NCBI GenBank assembly: GCA_965225855.1
Contig: CBDDCK010000004.1
Location: 279,006-343,005, forward strand
Direction: 5' to 3'
Source of the DNA: Spirochaetia bacterium
GTDB lineage: Bacteria; Spirochaetota; Spirochaetia; SP-2023
Length of the DNA stretch: 64,000 nucleotides
Of the stretch, positions 23,699-34,564 are shown one piece after another. The position numbers were made by a program, and so were the translations under genes. The notes beneath the pieces are model-generated. The model searched no databases. It saw nothing but the letters and a program-made list of their open reading frames with translations, and was not told where the DNA came from. Position 1 is the first letter of the stretch; every line of letters begins with the position of its first letter.

Positions 23699-23976
23699 CC
23701 AATATAGCCAAAACTATTGATCATTGCATGGAAACAGCCACAGGCTGAAACAGCCACAGGCCAAACCAACAACCCTTAAGCCTTTTGATTGGCATTGATT
23801 TTTAACCACCTTATAACACTAAAAAACAAAAAAAGTACCCCAAACATAAAAAAGCACAAAAAAACTTACAAAAAGCCTTATAAAGGCCTTGACGCAACAC
23901 CCCCCTAGCAAAATGGGCACTGTACACTAGCCCGTATGGGTTGGCCAATCTTTATCCATTGTTGGAGGTATTGCTT

Positions 23977-25749
23977 ATGTATAAGCTAAAACTACTTTTA
24001 TTGCCTGTAGCCTGGCTACTGGCCTTTATGGCCTTGGCCTGCGCCCCACCCGATGACGATGATCGATCTTCTGGGCCGTCTAAGCCGACTATCAATAACG
24101 CCATCTACGATGTTGGCACGGCTCTGTTAACCGTACAAGGTACCCACTTAAGTCCTACAACTGCGACCCAAGCGCAAATCAAAACTATCAAAGTATATGG
24201 CGTAGCCTTAGATTCCTATACTGCAGATGACCCAGCCACTGGGGTAAATAGTAACGGTCTTGAACAAGGTAAGTACCGTATTGCAAACGATGGCACAGCG
24301 CTTTGGCTTAGACTTACCGATGACGATAAAGCTACTCTGAATGGCAAGCCCGGTATGGATAGCGATAGTCTAAAAAAAGGCTTGCTTAGCGTTGGCTCTG
24401 GTGCTTGGGCAGGTTTAAATACACCTAAAGACTTGGACGTTAGTAATGTACCCGAAAATAAGCAGTCTAAAGTATCCGATGACAATCAGCCATCTAAGCA
24501 AGCTGAAGAAGACGAACAAGACGAACAAGACGAACAGCAGTCGCCTAAGCAAGCCGAACAAGCTGAACAAGTCGAACAAGCTGAACAAGCCGAAGAGGAG
24601 TCGCGTAAGCAAACTGAAGCCGAACAAGCTGAACAAGCTGAAGAGGAGTCGCCTAAAGCCGCAATTACCGGTGCAACCTACCATGTTGGCACGGCTCTGC
24701 TAACTGTACAAGGTACTCACTTAGGTAGTGCGACCCAAGCCCAAATCCAAACTATCAAAGTATATGACCTAGTCTTCAGTTCCTATACTGCCACAGCCAC
24801 TGGGCCAGATAGTCGTGGTCTTGCAAAAGGTAAGTACCGCATTAAAAACGATGGCACAGCGCTTTGGCTTAGACTTACCGATGACGATAAAGATGCTCTG
24901 AATGGCAAGGACGGTATGGATAGCAATGGTCTAAAAGATGGGTTGCTTAGCGTTGGCACTGGTGCTTGGGCGGGTTTAGATACAGCCAAAGGCTTGGCCG
25001 TTAGTGGAAACCCCGCACCCACAATTACCAGTGCAACCTACGATGTAGATACAGGCGTGTTAGTGATTACAGGTGTCAATTTACCAGAAGCAGTTGCAGG
25101 CTGGGACTTTAGCAAATTGAGGCTTGTCGCAGGTAATGGTCGTAAGAGTAAACCATTATTAAAGCACAACCCAACCGGTATTAATAGAGCTACAGGTTCT
25201 GCAGCAAGTGCAACAAGCTTAACGATTACTTTAAAGGGTAGTGAATACAGTAAAGCCAGCAATATACTGGTTGAGAATGGTAAAAGAGATGCTAATGGTG
25301 CATACAACCTGGAAGCAGCAGCAGGATTTGCAGGTGGTAGGGCTGAAGACACAAGCAATAACCCTATTACCGTTAGTGGGTATGTAGGCCAGATCACCAA
25401 CTCACAATACAATTCACGTACAGGCGTGTTAAGGATTAATGGTAGCAGGTTACCGTCAACAGTGGATAACTGGGACTTTAGCAAATTGACGCTTGTATCC
25501 GGTGATGGTAGTAAGAGATACACATTACCCCAGCACGCAACTGCAGGTGAAAACACAGCCACAGGTACTGCAGCAGGTAAAGGCTACTTAAGTATTACTT
25601 TAAGCGGTACTGAAAAAGCCAAAGCCGATGCTATACTTGATACGGTTGGTTTTCAAGATGCTGATGGTTATTACAACCTGGAAGCAGCAGCAGGATTTGT
25701 AACTGGTAGTCCAGAAGACCTAACAAAAAATTATATTTTAGTAGTTTGA
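23977..25749 (+). CDS. Surface lipoprotein with duplicated beta-rich domains and E/Q-rich linker
   Basis: GGAGG RBS, signal ending ALAC; domain pairs A/A' (YDVGTALLTVQG) and B/B' (TGVL.I.G...WDFSKL...YNLEAAAGF). Confidence 0.8.
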   Translation: MYKLKLLLLPVAWLLAFMALACAPPDDDDRSSGPSKPTINNAIYDVGTALLTVQGTHLSPTTATQAQIKTIKVYGVALDSYTADDPATGVNSNGLEQGKYRIANDGTALWLRLTDDDKATLNGKPGMDSDSLKKGLLSVGSGAWAGLNTPKDLDVSNVPENKQSKVSDDNQPSKQAEEDEQDEQDEQQSPKQAEQAEQVEQAEQAEEESRKQTEAEQAEQAEEESPKAAITGATYHVGTALLTVQGTHLGSATQAQIQTIKVYDLVFSSYTATATGPDSRGLAKGKYRIKNDGTALWLRLTDDDKDALNGKDGMDSNGLKDGLLSVGTGAWAGLDTAKGLAVSGNPAPTITSATYDVDTGVLVITGVNLPEAVAGWDFSKLRLVAGNGRKSKPLLKHNPTGINRATGSAASATSLTITLKGSEYSKASNILVENGKRDANGAYNLEAAAGFAGGRAEDTSNNPITVSGYVGQITNSQYNSRTGVLRINGSRLPSTVDNWDFSKLTLVSGDGSKRYTLPQHATAGENTATGTAAGKGYLSITLSGTEKAKADAILDTVGFQDADGYYNLEAAAGFVTGSPEDLTKNYILVV

Positions 25750-25938
25750 CTGCGCTTGCCCAATAGCTCTTAGAGCAGCTAAGTGAAAGCTGGCAGGCAG
25801 GCCAACCAAGTAAATGCTGCAAGCAATGCTTGGTTGGCTTATTGTTAGCCCTTAGATAATAGGCTTAGTGGGCAAGCAAGTTTTGGCAAGTATAAAAGTA
25901 AATTCACAAATTAAAGGGATATTACCCAATCCCAAATG

Positions 25939-27144
25939 CTAGTATGTGTTCATTTTTTTTCTACGACTAAGTATCACTTGGAAAGTAAATTGTTTGCCAT
26001 TTCGGATAACGGTTAAGCTTACTTTGTCGCCAGGTTGGGTAGGTTCCAATGCTGAATATAAGTCGGCCATACTGGAAACTTCGCTATTATTTATTTGGGT
26101 AATAATATCGCCACCCAAATAAATAATTTGGTTTCCTCGGCGCACGGCTTGATTGGGTTGTCCACCTTTAAGACCGGCTTTTTCGGCTTCACTGTTTTTT
26201 AGCACTTGAGAGATAAGTAGGCCTTTTTCTACAGATAAATTGCTATACCGAACTAATTGTGGAAACAGTGGGATCACTTGTATATCAATCCAGCCCCGAC
26301 GAACTTCACCGAATTGAATCAAATCTGGTAGTACGCGTTTGACCGTGCTGATGGGGACGGCAAAGCCCAAGCCTATCGATCCCCCTCCATTGGGCGAATA
26401 AATAGAAGAATTGACCCCAATCATTTTCCCTTGTGAGTTTAGTAAAGGCCCCCCGGAGTTTCCTGGATTGATGGAAGCATCGGTTTGGATCATTCCTTGG
26501 ATAATTAGGCCATTTTCATTTTGAATTGGGCGCCCCAAACCAGAGACGATACCCACAGTTAAGGTACGTTCAAAGCCGTAGGGGTTACCAATGGCAAAAA
26601 CTTTTTGACCAACTTGCAAGCCTTCCTCTTTAACAAAGGCAATCGTACTAAGTTTACGCCCTTTGGGCTCAAACCGAACAATGGCTAAATCATTTTCTGG
26701 GTCAGAGCCCACAGTCTTACCTTCAAATTGGCTGCCATCATACAAGGTAATTAATAGCTTTGAAGCATTTTGCACCACATGACTGTTCGTCAAAATATAA
26801 CCATCTTTGTCGATAATAGAACCTGAACCAATGGCTTCATCTTTGCGGGGTATCGGTTCAAAAAACCAGTTAAAAATGCGTGTTTCTTTCCAGGCTGTAA
26901 TATTTACCACAGCTTGATTAGTTTTTTCGTAAACTTTAATATTGTTGGCTTCGCTATTTGTATAAGATTTTTGATACCAACTAACTGCTTGTGCTTCTGG
27001 ATAGTCTGTTTTGATTTCGATTAATTTGGTGCTTGTTTGTTTCGTTTGACCGTCAAAATAATTTATAGCTAGGTACACTAATACGGCCCCCAAAAAACCA
27101 GAACAAAAATTGAGTGCCACCATTTTTATTATTTCTTTGCGCAT
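25939..27144 (-). CDS. HtrA/DegP-type serine protease with PDZ domain
   Basis: GSG, TNSHVV, DLA, IQTDASINPGNSGGPL. Confidence 0.95.
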   Translation of the reverse strand: MRKEIIKMVALNFCSGFLGAVLVYLAINYFDGQTKQTSTKLIEIKTDYPEAQAVSWYQKSYTNSEANNIKVYEKTNQAVVNITAWKETRIFNWFFEPIPRKDEAIGSGSIIDKDGYILTNSHVVQNASKLLITLYDGSQFEGKTVGSDPENDLAIVRFEPKGRKLSTIAFVKEEGLQVGQKVFAIGNPYGFERTLTVGIVSGLGRPIQNENGLIIQGMIQTDASINPGNSGGPLLNSQGKMIGVNSSIYSPNGGGSIGLGFAVPISTVKRVLPDLIQFGEVRRGWIDIQVIPLFPQLVRYSNLSVEKGLLISQVLKNSEAEKAGLKGGQPNQAVRRGNQIIYLGGDIITQINNSEVSSMADLYSALEPTQPGDKVSLTVIRNGKQFTFQVILSRRKKMNTY

Positions 27145-27263
27145 GAATTCAAATACCTTATTGTAAATTCTAAACAGTTTTTCTAAAAACTAAAAAGAAA
27201 AATAGGGGAAGACAGAAGATTTCTACTCGTGCAATTTTTCCCTTGTTAAAAATTACACTCTGT

Positions 27264-28703
27264 TTATATAACCATAACATGGAGTAAATTACTATAGCCA
27301 CTAATACCCAAAGGAATCCCCGCTGTGATGACAACTTCATCTCCTTTTTCCGCTAGCTTATTTTGGGCTAAAGCTTTGCAGACTAAGTCAAAAAGTTCAT
27401 CGACACTTTGCGCCATAGTGGTTTTAATTGGAGTTACTCCCCAAATTACAGAAAGCTGGTAAAATGTTATCGAGCTGTGCGTTAAACCAATAATTGGGCA
27501 GTGTGGTCTAAATCGGGCCACCGAACGTGCGGTTCGCCCTGATTCGGTACAGGCCACAATAAACTTTGCATTGGTATCGGCTGCAAGCATACATGCGGAA
27601 TAACCAATAGCGGTTTCACATTTGTTTGGAAGATCAGTTGGGAGTTCTGTATCAGGCTTAATCAAATATGGCAAATGAGGTGTTGTCGACTCAGCAATTT
27701 GGACCATTTTCAAGCAGGATTCAATTGGATATTTACCGGCTGCGGTTTCGTCTGAAAGCATAACGGCATCGCTACCATCATACATGGCATTGGCCACATC
27801 GCTAACTTCAGCACGAGTTGGAATGGAAGACTCCACCATGGAGAGCAGCATCTGGGTAGCGGTGATAACAAATTTGCCTTGACTTCTGGCTTTGGCAATC
27901 AAATTTTTTTGGATAGCTGGTAATTCGACCATAGGCATTTCCACACCCAAATCACCGCGCGCCACCATAATACCATCTAATTTTTCCAAGATTGCATCAA
28001 TGCATTTTACCGCTTGAGGCTTTTCAATTTTTGCCAACAGCATAGGAGGAGATTTAATATTTTTAAACGAGTCGATGATTGGCTGGACATCTTCGGGATT
28101 GCGCACAAAAGATAATGCAATAAAATCTACACCCAGTTCAATACCTAATTTCAGATCAGCCATATCTTTATCGGTCATAGCCGGAATTTGAAGCTCACTT
28201 TCTGGCATGTTGACACCTTTGCGCTTAAGCAGCGTACCCGGTTTGGTAACTTGGCAAATAACTTTATGACCATCAATACGTTTTACCAAAGCCGCCATTT
28301 TTCCATCGGAAAATAAAATTCTTTCGCCAACTTTTAAATCTTCTGAAAGAAAATCATAATCTACTGGTAGTGCCTCTGCTATTGGCAAGTTGTACTTACT
28401 GGCTGCCAAAATTAATTCTTTCCTTTCAACTAAAAGAATCCCTTCTTCTGGCAGATTCGCATTCATACGAATTTTAGGGCCTTGCAAGTCCTGCAAAATC
28501 CCAATATTCAAATCCATTTCTTTGGAAATGCGGCGAATAGTTTCTACTTTTGCGCGGTAAAATTCATGGTCTCCATGGGAGAAATTTAAGCGCACAGTAT
28601 TCATACCCGCTTCAATTAAAGCACGGATTTTTTCTTCGGTCTCTGTTACCGGGCCAATCGTACAAACTATTTTCGGTGCACGACTAATTCTTTTTTCTAA
28701 CAT
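27264..28703 (-). CDS. pyk: Pyruvate kinase
   Basis: KIVCTIGP, RLNFSHG, DLQGPKIR, MVARGDLG, ATQML. Confidence 0.98.
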   Translation of the reverse strand: MLEKRISRAPKIVCTIGPVTETEEKIRALIEAGMNTVRLNFSHGDHEFYRAKVETIRRISKEMDLNIGILQDLQGPKIRMNANLPEEGILLVERKELILAASKYNLPIAEALPVDYDFLSEDLKVGERILFSDGKMAALVKRIDGHKVICQVTKPGTLLKRKGVNMPESELQIPAMTDKDMADLKLGIELGVDFIALSFVRNPEDVQPIIDSFKNIKSPPMLLAKIEKPQAVKCIDAILEKLDGIMVARGDLGVEMPMVELPAIQKNLIAKARSQGKFVITATQMLLSMVESSIPTRAEVSDVANAMYDGSDAVMLSDETAAGKYPIESCLKMVQIAESTTPHLPYLIKPDTELPTDLPNKCETAIGYSACMLAADTNAKFIVACTESGRTARSVARFRPHCPIIGLTHSSITFYQLSVIWGVTPIKTTMAQSVDELFDLVCKALAQNKLAEKGDEVVITAGIPLGISGYSNLLHVMVI

Positions 28704-28846
28704 AAATTTTATCCTTAATAGTTAGTAATTCAATTTGCGTAGTATATTGTTTTCTCAAATTTGGGACAATCCAGATAGACAAGTAAAGATAGTGAAACTA
28801 ATTCTAATAATTTAACTACGATAATCTAGTATAATTAATACAATGA

Positions 28847-28875
28847 TTGACAAATTAAAATATAAATGCTAAACT
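28847..28875 (+). promoter_or_regulatory. Sigma70 promoter of the Rrf2-suf operon
   Basis: TTGACA-17 nt-TAAACT with TGn extension. Confidence 0.65.
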
Positions 28876-28882
28876 ATTGCAA

Positions 28883-29368
28883 ATGAAATTTTCTACATCT
28901 GTTGATATGGCTTTACAAATTTTAGTTTATTTAGCTCAAAGAAGAGCAGACGGTTTGGCTTCAGCACCAGAGGTGAGTCAGGCATTGCAAGTCTCTTATA
29001 ATAATGTAGTGCGCATTATTAATCGCTTGCAGAATGCTGGTTTAATTTTTACTCGTGCTGGGAGATATGGCGGTATGGAATTGGCTCTTCCCGTGGAAAA
29101 AATTACAGTTTTAGCCATAGTAAAATCTATTGATGGCCCAACCAAATTAGCTCCGTGTGGCCATAAAGAAGGAAATAAAACTTCAAATACTAATGTTGTT
29201 TCGTCTAATTGTAATATACAAAGTTGTAGAATTCGTGAAGAATTATTACAGCTCAATACAAAAATTGACGCTTTGTTGGAAAGCGTTAGCATTGCTAGCA
29301 TTGTTGGTCGGCAACCTAAAGGAAATGAAAGTGTATCTGTTTTGTTACAGGTTGGAAATTACAGGTAA
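28883..29368 (+). CDS. Rrf2 family regulator (IscR-like)
   Basis: wHTH, GRYGG, IDGP, three C-terminal Cys; upstream of sufB. Confidence 0.88.
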   Translation: MKFSTSVDMALQILVYLAQRRADGLASAPEVSQALQVSYNNVVRIINRLQNAGLIFTRAGRYGGMELALPVEKITVLAIVKSIDGPTKLAPCGHKEGNKTSNTNVVSSNCNIQSCRIREELLQLNTKIDALLESVSIASIVGRQPKGNESVSVLLQVGNYR

Positions 29369-29452
29369 AAATCTAGCTGAAAGCAGCGATAACAGAGAAA
29401 TCTCGATATTGGAACAAAAAGGCCTCCGGCCAAAAATAAATTATATTTAGAG

Positions 29453-30946
29453 GTGTATATGAACCAACAGTACCAAAAATTAAGTGACAACCCGATTGCC
29501 GAAGCTTATAATCCTTTGGACGATTTAACTGGTAGTGAATATAAGTATGGTTTTAAGACCGAAATTGATAGTGAAGTTGCGCCCAAAGGCTTGAATGAAG
29601 ACATTGTTCGCATGATTTCAGCCAAAAAAAATGAGCCCGATTTTATATTGGAATTTCGCTTAAAAGCATTTCGCCATTGGCAAAATATGATAGAGCCCCG
29701 CTGGGGTAATCTTGAATACGGCAAAATCTATTTTCAAGACTATCACTATTATTCAGCTCCTAGAAAAAAACAGGTTCAATACCAATCTTTGGATGAAATT
29801 GACCCAGAACTAAAGCGCACTTTTGACAAGTTGGGAGTGCCTATTTTGGAACAGAAAAAAATGGCCAATGTAGCGATTGATGCAATTTTTGATAGTGTTT
29901 CGGTCGCCACCACTTTCCGTGAAAAACTAAAAGAAGCTGGGGTTATTTTCTGCTCTATTTCTGAAGCTATGCATGATTACCCAGAATTAATCAAAAAATA
30001 TTTGGGATCTGTGGTGCCTTATACGGATAATTTTTATGCTGCTCTCAATTCTGCCGTATTTACCGATGGCTCTTTTTGTTATGTGCCCAAAAATACAGTT
30101 TGTCCTATGGAGCTTTCCTCGTATTTTCGCATTAACACTCAAGATACGGGCCAGTTTGAGCGGACATTGATCGTTTGTGAAGAATCCAGTTACGTCAGTT
30201 ATTTGGAAGGTTGTACTGCACCGATGTTTGACACTCGACAATTACATGCTGCAATTGTCGAATTAGTCGCACTGGATAATGCGACTATCAAATATGCCAC
30301 AGTCCAAAACTGGTACCCCGGTGATAAAGAAACAGGTGAAGGTGGCATTTACAATTTTGTGATTAAGCGCGGTAAATGTTTGGGCAAAAATTCGCGTATC
30401 ACTTGGACTCAAATAGAAACTGGTTCAGCCATTACGTGGAAATATCCGAGTTGTATTTTACTGGGCGACAATTCAGTAGGAGAATTTTTTTCTGTAGCGG
30501 TAACTAATGGGCGCCAACAAGCCGACACGGGTACCAAAATGGTGCATGTTGGCAAAAACACTAAAAGCACTATTTTAGCGCGTGGTATTTCTGCTGGTAA
30601 GTCGATGAATACCTATCGTGGTTTGGTACAAATCAATAAAAGTGCTACTGGAGCGCAAAATTTTACCCAATGTGATTCTATGTTAATTGGCAGTAATTCA
30701 GGGGCTTGTACCTATCCCTATATTGATGTACGCAACAGTAGCTCAGAAGTGGGCCATGAAGCGACTACGGTGCGCATCAGTGAAGAACAATTGTTTTATT
30801 GCCAGCAGCGAGGCATTGGCCCCGATGATGCTCTAGCTACAATCGTCAATGGCTTTTGTGCCGATGTCTTCCGTACTCTGCCGACTGAATTTGCAGTGGA
30901 GTCCAACCGATTGATGGAACTAAAATTGGAAAATACGGTTGGTTAA
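29453..30946 (+). CDS. sufB: Fe-S cluster assembly protein SufB
   Basis: [35 protein letters not shown]. Confidence 0.97.
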   Translation: MYMNQQYQKLSDNPIAEAYNPLDDLTGSEYKYGFKTEIDSEVAPKGLNEDIVRMISAKKNEPDFILEFRLKAFRHWQNMIEPRWGNLEYGKIYFQDYHYYSAPRKKQVQYQSLDEIDPELKRTFDKLGVPILEQKKMANVAIDAIFDSVSVATTFREKLKEAGVIFCSISEAMHDYPELIKKYLGSVVPYTDNFYAALNSAVFTDGSFCYVPKNTVCPMELSSYFRINTQDTGQFERTLIVCEESSYVSYLEGCTAPMFDTRQLHAAIVELVALDNATIKYATVQNWYPGDKETGEGGIYNFVIKRGKCLGKNSRITWTQIETGSAITWKYPSCILLGDNSVGEFFSVAVTNGRQQADTGTKMVHVGKNTKSTILARGISAGKSMNTYRGLVQINKSATGAQNFTQCDSMLIGSNSGACTYPYIDVRNSSSEVGHEATTVRISEEQLFYCQQRGIGPDDALATIVNGFCADVFRTLPTEFAVESNRLMELKLENTVG

Positions 30947-31057
30947 GTGCAATCAAGAATTGTCTTCAGTTTTATAAAAATTTTCTATTCGAGTTGTGCA
31001 GAATTATTGGGAATTGAGAGGGACCAGTCCCTAATTTAAGGAGAAATAAAAAATCGT

Positions 31058-31807
31058 ATGCTTGAAATTAAAGACCTTAGTGTCTCGATTGATAATAAAA
31101 AAATACTCGATGGTTTTGGGTTATCTATCCAGCAAGGAGAAATTCATGCGATTATGGGGCCCAATGGCTCAGGCAAATCAACTCTTTCTAAAGTGATTGC
31201 GGGCCACCCGAATTACCAAGTAGACAGTGGAGAGTTGCTACTCAATGGTGTAAATTTAGCTGAATTAGAGCCAGAAGAACGTTCCCATGCTGGAATTTTT
31301 CTAGCTTTGCAGTATCCTATTGAAATTCCCGGGGTAAATAGCAGTGATTTTTTGCGCATGATCTACAATGCCAAGCGCAAGAGCCAAGGACAAAATGAAG
31401 TCGATCCTATTGATTTTGCCGATTTGATTACAGAAAAACTGCCAGAAATAGGTCTAGATTTGTCTTTTATGGAAAGGTCGGTTAATCAAGGTTTTTCTGG
31501 GGGTGAGAAAAAGCGCAATGAAATATTGCAAATGTTGTTGCTGAACCCGAAACTTGCAATTTTAGATGAAATTGATTCTGGCCTTGATATTGATGCTCTA
31601 CGTACCTTGGGTTCAGCAGTATTGAAATTTCAACAGCAAAGCCAAAGCGAAAAAAGTTTATTGTTGATCACGCACTATCAACGGTTGCTTGATTTTATCC
31701 GCCCAACTCATGTTCATATTATGATTGAAGGTAAAATTGCCAAATCGGGGGATTTTCAATTGGCAGAAGATTTAGAAAAGACTGGTTATGATCCTTATGT
31801 GTCGTAA
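31058..31807 (+). CDS. sufC: Fe-S assembly ATPase SufC
   Basis: GPNGSGKST, FSGGEKKRNE, DEIDSGLDID, ITHYQRLL. Confidence 0.97.
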   Translation: MLEIKDLSVSIDNKKILDGFGLSIQQGEIHAIMGPNGSGKSTLSKVIAGHPNYQVDSGELLLNGVNLAELEPEERSHAGIFLALQYPIEIPGVNSSDFLRMIYNAKRKSQGQNEVDPIDFADLITEKLPEIGLDLSFMERSVNQGFSGGEKKRNEILQMLLLNPKLAILDEIDSGLDIDALRTLGSAVLKFQQQSQSEKSLLLITHYQRLLDFIRPTHVHIMIEGKIAKSGDFQLAEDLEKTGYDPYVS

Positions 31808-31855
31808 TTTATTTTGCATCAATCCATTTTATTATTATCGATCAAAGAGGGACTT

Positions 31856-33136
31856 GTGAGCCTATATTTCAGTGACCAGCTACAAAAACTACAAGAGCAG
31901 GCAAAAACTAGCCAGTGGACTTTTCGCCAAAATGCTCTAGAAATTTTTCACACTTACGGCTTGCCTCATCGCAAACAAGACCCGTGGAAATACGTAGACA
32001 ATTCGGCTCTGCTCAATTTACCGTTTATAGAATCTTGTCCAAAAGTAAAAACAGACGAATCAACCTATAGGCAAACCCAAATTGTCGAACAAGCAGTTGA
32101 ACCAGAAAATATGGATTTTGTTTGTTTTGACAACGGGGTGGTAACTACTTCATCTTTGTTGGATTCTTTGAAGCTTTTAGAGATACAAGATATAGAGCAA
32201 AATTTGGCCAAGTGGCAATTAGACAAAGCCAGTTTGCAAGCAGAAGAAAATAGTTATAGTTTGATCAATGCTTTTAGTTTTGAGCACGCCTATGAGCTAA
32301 AGCTGGGCAGAAAAAACTCGGTTGTTCGGTTGCGTTTTTGTGGTGATTTTAGCTATCAGGCTTTGCGCTTGTATATAGAAATACCTGCAGATTGCGATAT
32401 TTCTCTTTTAATCGACAGCCAAGAATTGGGGGAAAATGCCTACTGGAATCCTTATTTCCATTTTGTGCTTGGCGAGAATTCTCATTTGACATTATTAGAG
32501 CGGGGGCCCCGTTTGTCAGCAGAACAGTCACAACATGTGCGCAGTGTAAGTTTACGGGGCAGGGTTTCTGCAGGAGCTCAAGTCCATAGCGCCTTATTTT
32601 ACTGGGGTACTGCATTGTCTATCCACGATGCGCGCCTAGCTATTTGCGGTGAAGCTGCTGATGTGCAGATGCGAGGCATTTGCTTTGGCGAAGGAACTTC
32701 ACGCTACCACATGCGTTGTGAAAACCAACATTTGGCTCCCCGTTCCGAATCTCAATGCCTATACAAAAATGTTTTGTTTGACAAAGCCAGTAGTGAATTT
32801 TACGGTATTATCCGCGCAAATAACGATGCCGTGGGTACCAATGCAGGGCAAAGCAATCAAAATCTTTTGTTATCGAACCAGGCTAGGGCTATTGCTCGAC
32901 CACAATTGGAAATTTTGATAGATGACTTGAAATGTCAGCACGGTTCTTCTACCGGCAGCATTGATGCGGAAGAATTATTCTACATGCGCGTGCGTGGCCT
33001 GAATCAGCATGAAGCGATGCGGTTAGCTGTGGTTGGTTTTGTCGAAGAAATTAGTACCTATTTTTCTGCTAAGCTTTTAGATGCCCTGAATATTGAAGAT
33101 TGTTTGCACGCCCTCTTAGATAAGAGAAATACATAA
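31856..33136 (+). CDS. sufD: Fe-S cluster assembly protein SufD
   Basis: GLP...WKY, NLLLS, PQLEI..DD.KC.HG, FYMRVRG; follows sufC. Confidence 0.88.
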   Translation: MSLYFSDQLQKLQEQAKTSQWTFRQNALEIFHTYGLPHRKQDPWKYVDNSALLNLPFIESCPKVKTDESTYRQTQIVEQAVEPENMDFVCFDNGVVTTSSLLDSLKLLEIQDIEQNLAKWQLDKASLQAEENSYSLINAFSFEHAYELKLGRKNSVVRLRFCGDFSYQALRLYIEIPADCDISLLIDSQELGENAYWNPYFHFVLGENSHLTLLERGPRLSAEQSQHVRSVSLRGRVSAGAQVHSALFYWGTALSIHDARLAICGEAADVQMRGICFGEGTSRYHMRCENQHLAPRSESQCLYKNVLFDKASSEFYGIIRANNDAVGTNAGQSNQNLLLSNQARAIARPQLEILIDDLKCQHGSSTGSIDAEELFYMRVRGLNQHEAMRLAVVGFVEEISTYFSAKLLDALNIEDCLHALLDKRNT

Positions 33137-33206
33137 GGCTATGCCTACACTAATGGGGGAGTTTGTTCTTTAAATATTCTAGCATTCATGGTGCGCTACC
33201 GTTGGT

Positions 33207-34484
33207 ATGCAAGCAAATTTAGAGGTTTCTGTTATGAATAAATTGCGGGTAAAATTTTCCTTAAAATACTTACAGGAAAATTTTAACGATAACGAGCATA
33301 TTCAGCCCTTTATTGGTAGCGTTTTTATTTTTGGTTTAGCTATCGGTTTATATCAAAATGTTTTGCACAACTACCTTTCCGATGTCTTACAATTTTCACC
33401 CGCAGCACGCGGTTGGGCCGAGTTTTTCCGCGAACTGCCGGGTTTGTTTTTAGTAGCAATTTTTGCGCTGCTCTACCGTTTTACTGAGAGTAAATTGATA
33501 CGCATTGCCTTTGCTATTTCTACCTTGGGTATGATTGGCCTATTATTACTTATGGAATATACCTTTTGGGGCATTTTTTTCGTAGTGATTTTCAGTACTG
33601 GCGAACATGTTTTATTGCCAATTCGCGATGCTTTTGCGATGCACCATGCCAAAGTGGGTAGGGAAGCCAAAGCCATAGGGCGGACTCAAAGTGTTCATAA
33701 TTTGGGGTTAATTTTGGGTTTTACTTGCGTGAGCCTAATATTTTATTTGTTTCATTTTTTGGGCAATGCCACTGGTAAGTATTGGGATTTTCGTTTGAGC
33801 TATATTATTGCTGGGCTTTGTTTGATAGTAGGTTTTATATTGACTCTGCATTTTTCAGACTTAAACCAGTGCATTAAACGCGAACGTTTTTACTTCCGCA
33901 AGAAATATTGGAAATATTATATTTTGGAAACATTTTACGGTGCTCGTAAACAGGTATTTTTAACTTTTGGCCCCTACGTTTTAATTTTAATTTATGGCCT
34001 GCGAGCCGAACACCTAAGTTTATTACTTATTACGAATAGCTTAATGGGCATTCTTTTAGCCCCAAAACTAGGCCAACTGATAGACCATTTTGGTTACAAA
34101 AACATGCTAATTGTCGATGCATTTTTGCTGATTTTAGTTTGTTTGGCCTATGGTTTTTTGCCCCTATGGCTGCCTGGCAAACTGGGTATAGTGCTCGTTT
34201 CCGGCTTGTTTATTTTGGACAGTCTGCTTTTCCATATCAGCGCGGCGCGCAATGTCTATGCTCGCACTTTGGGCGACCGCCAAGAAACTATGGCAACATT
34301 AGCTACAGGGGTTTCATTAAATCATGTTGTTAGCATTATTATTGCCATTGTCGGTGGCTTTTTATGGGAGAATTTGGGTTTACAATATCTATTTGGCACA
34401 GCCGCGATATTTGCCCTATGCTCTATGCTGTTTTGTTTGAGCTTGCCAGCAGTCAGCCGCCAGCCTGCTAGGGTTGTTGCTTAA
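33207..34484 (+). CDS. MFS transporter
   Basis: About 12 hydrophobic segments, G.L.D.FG motif. Confidence 0.85.
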   Translation: MQANLEVSVMNKLRVKFSLKYLQENFNDNEHIQPFIGSVFIFGLAIGLYQNVLHNYLSDVLQFSPAARGWAEFFRELPGLFLVAIFALLYRFTESKLIRIAFAISTLGMIGLLLLMEYTFWGIFFVVIFSTGEHVLLPIRDAFAMHHAKVGREAKAIGRTQSVHNLGLILGFTCVSLIFYLFHFLGNATGKYWDFRLSYIIAGLCLIVGFILTLHFSDLNQCIKRERFYFRKKYWKYYILETFYGARKQVFLTFGPYVLILIYGLRAEHLSLLLITNSLMGILLAPKLGQLIDHFGYKNMLIVDAFLLILVCLAYGFLPLWLPGKLGIVLVSGLFILDSLLFHISAARNVYARTLGDRQETMATLATGVSLNHVVSIIIAIVGGFLWENLGLQYLFGTAAIFALCSMLFCLSLPAVSRQPARVVA

Positions 34485-34564
34485 AATAAAACTATTTTTA
34501 TCATGCTATTTTTTTACTGTGGAGGTTTCGATGTTCAGTCTAGCGCAGGATTTATTACACAAAG

